Positions 59,913 through 64,000 of a stretch of 64,000 nt of DNA are shown here, piece after piece. The first letter of the stretch is position 1. Every line of letters starts with the position of its first letter. The notes under the pieces were generated by a model, which did no database searches, was not told the DNA's origin, and saw only the letters and a program-made list of their open reading frames with translations. The stretch comes from Spirochaetia bacterium. GTDB lineage: Bacteria > Spirochaetota > Spirochaetia > SZUA-6 > Bin103. Where the stretch lies: the NCBI GenBank assembly GCA_965208575.1, contig CBDBOV010000005.1, positions 1,152,001 to 1,216,000 on the forward strand. Direction: 5' to 3'. Made by a program: the position numbers and the translations under genes.

Positions 59913-61930
59913 CGTGTCACCTCCTCGGTCTTGGGCCGCCGAACCGGATCCTCCTGCTCGGAGAGCTGCGCGTAGAAGGTCTCGGCGTACAGGGCGTTGT
60001 TGTCGAGCAGCTCCCGGTGGGTGCCGAGCCCGGCGATGCGGCCCTGGTGGAGCAGCACCACGCGGTCGGCGGCGAGCACCGTGTTCATGCGGCTGGCGAT
60101 GACGAACGACAGGCGATCGCGCTTCAGCCGGTCGATGGCGGCGCGGATCCGCACCTCGGTCTCGTAGTCGACGTTGCTGGTGCTGTCGTCGAAGATCAGG
60201 ATGCGCGGTTCGATCAACAGCGCGCGCGCGATGGCGATGCGTTGTTTCTGGCCGCCCGAGAGTGTGACGCCGCGTTCGCCGACCTCGGAGTGATAGCCAT
60301 TCGGGAACGACTCGATGAAATCGTGCGCGGCCGCCGCCTGCGCCGCTGCGGCGATCTGTTCGTCGGTGGCGTCGGGGCGCCCGTAGGCGATGTTCTCGCG
60401 TATGGTTCCGCCGAACAGCGTGGTTTCCTCCAGCACGATGCCGATCTGCCGGCGCAAGGACTCCAGGGTGACGTCGCGAATGTCGACTCCATCGAAGGTG
60501 ATGCGGCCCTCGGTGACGTCGTAGAAGCGCGGTATCAGGTTGATGATGGTGCTCTTGCCCGAACCGGTGCCGCCGACGATGGCAATGGTTTCGGTGGCGC
60601 GGGTGGCGAACGTCACGTCCTGGAGGACCGCCGCGCCGAGGCCGAAGTAGCGGAAGCCGACGCCCTCGAAGCGCACGCCGCGCGTGAGCGGGGCCAGTTC
60701 CGCGGCGCCGGATACTTCCTTGACGTCGGATTCGGCATCCAGGATCTCGAAGATCCGTTCGGCGCTGGCGGAGGCCTGCGAGATCGACATCATGATCATG
60801 CCGAGCATGGTGATCGGGAACATGGCCACGATCAGGTAGCCCTGGAACGCGACCAGCTCGCCGATGGTGAGGCGTTGCGCCAGGACCTGGATGCCGCCGC
60901 CCCAGGTCACCACCAGGGTCCCGAAGTTGGACATGGCGAACACCAGCGGAATGGCGAGGGAGAAAACGGCCGCGGCGAGCATCGACTGGTCGTAGAGTTC
61001 CTGGTTGGAATGCTCGAACCGTCTCTGTTCGCGTGCGGCTCCGGTGTACGCCTTCACCACCCGCACACCGACCAGGTTCTCCTCCAGCCTGGTGTTGAGG
61101 GCGGCGATCTTTTCCTGGATCCCGCGGAATATCGGCCGGCCCTTGCGCGCCATGAACGAGAACAGGGCGAACACGGCCATCATCACCGGCACCACGTGCA
61201 GGGCCAGCCGCCAGTTGGTGACGAACAGCAGGTACAGGCTTCCGATCATCAGCACCGCGGTGGTGACGATCTGGATGACGCCGGTGCTGATGAAGGTGCG
61301 CACCATGTCGACGTCGCTGGTTGCGCGCGTCAGGAGCTGGCCGGTCTGGGAGCGGTCGTGATAGCTGAACGACAGGCTCTGTATGTGATCGTACAGCGCG
61401 TTGCGCAGGTCGTAGGCCACGCCCTGCGAAACCTTGGCGGCCAGTACTCCCTGCAGGTAGGTGAACAACGAGCGCAGCACGGTCACCGCAAATATCACCA
61501 CCGAGCCGATCACGATAGCCTGCAGCCGGTCGTCGAGGATGCCGCTGTCGACCACCAACTGGGTGATGCGCGGTACCGCGAGGTTGCCTGCCGAACTGGC
61601 CAGCAGACAAATCAGGCTGGCCAGGGTAGCCGCCTTGTAGTGGCGCATGAACATCAGGGTGCGCAGCAGCGCCCGCAGCGCCGGCCGGCGCACCAGGCGC
61701 CGGCCGCGCCGGCTCCCACTCCCGTTCGACCAGCCGCCGCCGGCGGCGCCGCCGGGCGCCATCCCGCCCGTGCCGACGCCTGCGCCCGTGCGTCCGGCTC
61801 CGTCCGCGCGCGCGGCTGCGTCCGCGCCCGGGACGGACCCGTTCGCGCGCGCCGGCGGTCCACCTCGGTTCGGTGCGCGGCCACGGCGCGCCCTGTTGCC
61901 GTCTGCGCGCGGCGAAGAGTGCTCAGACAC
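59909..61930 (-). CDS. ABC exporter, fused permease/ATPase (heterodimer partner 1, degenerate NBD)
   Basis: GGTGSGKS and LSGGQKQ; Walker B IFDD (catalytic E replaced by D) and switch IASR (no His), as in TM287/288-type heterodimers; GAGGAG RBS. Confidence 0.95.
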   Translation of the reverse strand: MSEHSSPRADGNRARRGRAPNRGGPPARANGSVPGADAAARADGAGRTGAGVGTGGMAPGGAAGGGWSNGSGSRRGRRLVRRPALRALLRTLMFMRHYKAATLASLICLLASSAGNLAVPRITQLVVDSGILDDRLQAIVIGSVVIFAVTVLRSLFTYLQGVLAAKVSQGVAYDLRNALYDHIQSLSFSYHDRSQTGQLLTRATSDVDMVRTFISTGVIQIVTTAVLMIGSLYLLFVTNWRLALHVVPVMMAVFALFSFMARKGRPIFRGIQEKIAALNTRLEENLVGVRVVKAYTGAAREQRRFEHSNQELYDQSMLAAAVFSLAIPLVFAMSNFGTLVVTWGGGIQVLAQRLTIGELVAFQGYLIVAMFPITMLGMIMMSISQASASAERIFEILDAESDVKEVSGAAELAPLTRGVRFEGVGFRYFGLGAAVLQDVTFATRATETIAIVGGTGSGKSTIINLIPRFYDVTEGRITFDGVDIRDVTLESLRRQIGIVLEETTLFGGTIRENIAYGRPDATDEQIAAAAQAAAAHDFIESFPNGYHSEVGERGVTLSGGQKQRIAIARALLIEPRILIFDDSTSNVDYETEVRIRAAIDRLKRDRLSFVIASRMNTVLAADRVVLLHQGRIAGLGTHRELLDNNALYAETFYAQLSEQEDPVRRPKTEEVTR

Positions 61931-62375
61931 GGTTGGGCTCCTCGCTATCCGAAAGTTTCTCAAGCAGCGTATTCAAATCGTTCAACTCCGCGGCGGTCAG
62001 CGCATCCATCACGCACCGGACGCGTCGCTCGTACTCCGGCCACAACTCACCGATCCGCCGCCGTCCCGCCGTGGTGGCGTGGACCAGCACCACGCGCCGG
62101 TCGCCGGGCGCGGGCCGCCGTTCCACCAGCCCCTCACGCTCCAGGCGGTCGACGACGCCGGACGCGTTGCCGGGATCGGTCCATGACCGTGCGGCGAGCT
62201 TGGTGAGCGGGATGCCATCGTCCGGAATGCGAATGAGGGTAAAGAATTGCGCCCCGGTCATGCCTGCTTTGTGGAACACCGTGCCGACCACCCGCTTGAT
62301 GCGTAACGACGTGCGCATCAGCCGCCGGAATGCGGCGACCGACGGATCACCGGAAGTGTCGAATCGATCATCCAT
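61923..62375 (-). CDS. MarR-family transcriptional regulator
   Basis: GMTGAQF, VVDRLEREGLVERR...DRRVVLV..T.AG motifs; overlaps the ABC gene start. Confidence 0.93.
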   Translation of the reverse strand: MDDRFDTSGDPSVAAFRRLMRTSLRIKRVVGTVFHKAGMTGAQFFTLIRIPDDGIPLTKLAARSWTDPGNASGVVDRLEREGLVERRPAPGDRRVVLVHATTAGRRRIGELWPEYERRVRCVMDALTAAELNDLNTLLEKLSDSEEPNRV

Positions 62376-62378
62376 CGC

Positions 62379-62427
62379 GTTGTTTGTAACTGCAACAACT
62401 ATAATGACAAATACTTGAGCCGGGCAA
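62379..62427 (-). promoter_or_regulatory. MarR operon promoter with overlapping inverted-repeat operator
   Basis: TTGCCC-N18-TATAGT on the minus strand; GTTGTT-N9-AACAAC (62379-62399) lies between the -10 and the ATG. Confidence 0.6.
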
Positions 62428-62454
62428 CAACTGGCCCGCGATGAAGATCACCGG

Positions 62455-64000
62455 CAGGGCCAGGCGCACAGGGCGATCCCATGCTGAAGGGGCTGGTAAT
62501 CCTGTGATCGAGTCGTTAGGCTGTGGTCATGGAGCTTCAGGAGTTGCGCGAGGAGCCGCTGGCGGCGGCAACGCCGGCAGGTTTTGCGCTGGCCGAGGTG
62601 GTGGTGCGGTTGGTGCGACCGGACGAACGGGTCAAATGGGACGTGCTGATGGATCAGCATCACTACCTGGGGTTCAAGCGGTTTGCCGGGCGCGGGTTGC
62701 GCTATGTGGCGGAGTGGCGTGGCCGCTGGATAGCGCTGGCCGGCTGGCAGGCGGCAGCGCTCAAGTGTGCCGCGCGCGATCGCTGGATTGGATGGCGCGG
62801 CAAGAAGATGTTCAGGCGCCTGCACCTGATTGCGAACAACACCCGGTTCCTGGTGCTGGGCGAGCGCGGCGTATTTGCGAATCTCGGCTCCTGCATGATG
62901 AGCGCGATGCTGCGCCGGCTGAGCGACGACTGGCTCGGGCAGTATGGCCATCCATTGCTGGTGGTGGAGAGCTTCGTCGACCCGACACGGTTCACCGGCA
63001 CCATGTACGCGGCGGCGAACTGGAGCTACGTGGGCAACAGCAAGGGCTATGCGCGCTGCAACGGTCACTACACCGACCCGCACGGGCAGCCGAAGCGGCT
63101 GTACGTGCGCGCGTTGCGCGACGACGCTCGCGAGATCCTGCGCCAGCGCGCAGAGTTGGCCGCCTGCTGGCAGGCGCGGGTGCCGACCGCGGGCGGCGAC
63201 CAGGTTGACAAGCGCAGTCTGTACGAGGAATTGCAGCAGATCCCGGATCACCGCCGTGGGCAGGGCCGCAAGCATTCGCTGGCGACCGTGCTGGCGGTGT
63301 ACCTGCTGGCGATGTTGTCCAACATGCGTGGCCCGGTGGCGGCCGCCGAGTACGCGCAAGCGCTCGACCAGGAGGAACTGAAGCTGCTGGGGGCGTGGCG
63401 CAACCGCCGCACGGGACGCTACGAGCCGCCCCCCAAATCGACCATTCACCGGGTGGTGATGGCAACCGATGCCGAGGCGCTGGAGGCGATGCATCAGCGC
63501 TATGCGACGGCGCGCGTGCCGGCACCCGAAGCGCAGCAGCACCGGCAGGCACTGGCGGCCGACGGCAAGCGGATACGGGGCGCCAATCGCAACGGCACGA
63601 TGCGCTACGAGACTGCGACGCTGGTCGAGCACCGCACCGGCGTACCGGTCGCGAGCCTCAACTTTCACGACCAGAACGGCGAACTGGCAGCGGTTGGGGC
63701 ACTGCTGGAGGTAGTTCCGATCAGTGGTGCGGTGATCACCCTGGATGCGCTGCACACGACACGCGACACCACCGTCAGTATCGTCGAGCAGCATGCCGCC
63801 GACTATCTCCTGACCGTCAAGGGGAACTGTTCGGAGACCTTCGAGGCACTCGCTACCATGCCGTGGGAGGACGCTGACGGGCGCTTCTCCGAGGACCCGC
63901 AGAAGGGCCATGGACGTATCGACCGGCGCCATATTGAAGTCCTCACCCCGCTCAACAAGACGCTCAACTTTGCCCATGTCGCGCAGGTGTTCCGGGTACG
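62455..64000 (+). mobile_element. ISAs1-family element, left part
   Basis: CAGGGC (an ISAs1-type terminus) at 62455 and CAGGGCGATC at 62469 precede the transposase. Which one is the true end is unresolved. Confidence 0.7.
62529..64000 (+). CDS. DUF4338 (DruA-like) domain fused to an ISAs1-family transposase; 3'-truncated by window edge
   Basis: Not in the ORF track because it has no stop in the window. N-part HHYLG, RDRWIGW, NNTRFL, ESFVDP..FTGTMY.AANW. C-part IPDHRR.QG..H, LAADGK.IRG, ITLDALHT, DYLLTVKGN, KGHGRI. Confidence 0.9.
   Translation, partial: MELQELREEPLAAATPAGFALAEVVVRLVRPDERVKWDVLMDQHHYLGFKRFAGRGLRYVAEWRGRWIALAGWQAAALKCAARDRWIGWRGKKMFRRLHLIANNTRFLVLGERGVFANLGSCMMSAMLRRLSDDWLGQYGHPLLVVESFVDPTRFTGTMYAAANWSYVGNSKGYARCNGHYTDPHGQPKRLYVRALRDDAREILRQRAELAACWQARVPTAGGDQVDKRSLYEELQQIPDHRRGQGRKHSLATVLAVYLLAMLSNMRGPVAAAEYAQALDQEELKLLGAWRNRRTGRYEPPPKSTIHRVVMATDAEALEAMHQRYATARVPAPEAQQHRQALAADGKRIRGANRNGTMRYETATLVEHRTGVPVASLNFHDQNGELAAVGALLEVVPISGAVITLDALHTTRDTTVSIVEQHAADYLLTVKGNCSETFEALATMPWEDADGRFSEDPQKGHGRIDRRHIEVLTPLNKTLNFAHVAQVFRV

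Noticed and set aside
59913-61610. Single 1194-aa ABC protein (58026..61610)
   Set aside because: The upstream part is an off-frame read of the first ABC gene; two genes joined by a GTGA overlap fit better.
62529-63140. Druantia defence system
   Set aside because: Only a DruA-like domain fused to a transposase; no DruE helicase or other dru genes in the window.

Overview
Very GC-rich bacterial chromosomal window, mostly housekeeping genes with accessory inserts. In order: the 3' part of an IS1634-family element; two secreted-type proteins; an orphan fliG; an RRM RNA-binding protein; tRNA-Val(GAC); a 3'-5' exonuclease and a lipoprotein. Next is a complete nine-gene A/V-type ATPase operon (H-I-K-E-C-F-A-B-D) whose K subunit has the Na+-binding signature and which follows a structured, riboswitch-like leader. 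Then come a decayed HipBA-type locus, a hidden Cys-rich small gene, a GNAT, an MNT-HEPN fusion, a methyltransferase, photolyase and ddl; hyi-like and Gfo/Idh/MocA genes split by an intact IS1380 (CTAG duplication); a GT4/heparinase-II/III/Hsp33 unit; and a ~3300-aa FN3/Calx-beta adhesin with 735-bp tandem repeats and an autotransporter-like barrel. A folate/corrinoid C1 cluster (CobW-like GTPase, fhs, MetF-MetV fusion, pterin-binding methyltransferase, PF13769-type small protein) is interrupted by ankyrin and TPR genes. The window ends with a ~1160-aa lipoprotein built from a repeat domain I do not recognise, followed by four tandem copies of its own 3' end, a MarR-ABC-ABC operon and a DUF4338-ISAs1 transposase running off the edge. 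Many genes have a -10 box only 5-7 nt before the start codon, suggesting leaderless mRNAs. The gene content would fit a host-associated marine Spirochaetota such as a sponge symbiont, but that is inference. No CRISPR array, rRNA, prophage or reverse transcriptase was seen. All family calls come from motif recognition by eye; no database searches were run.
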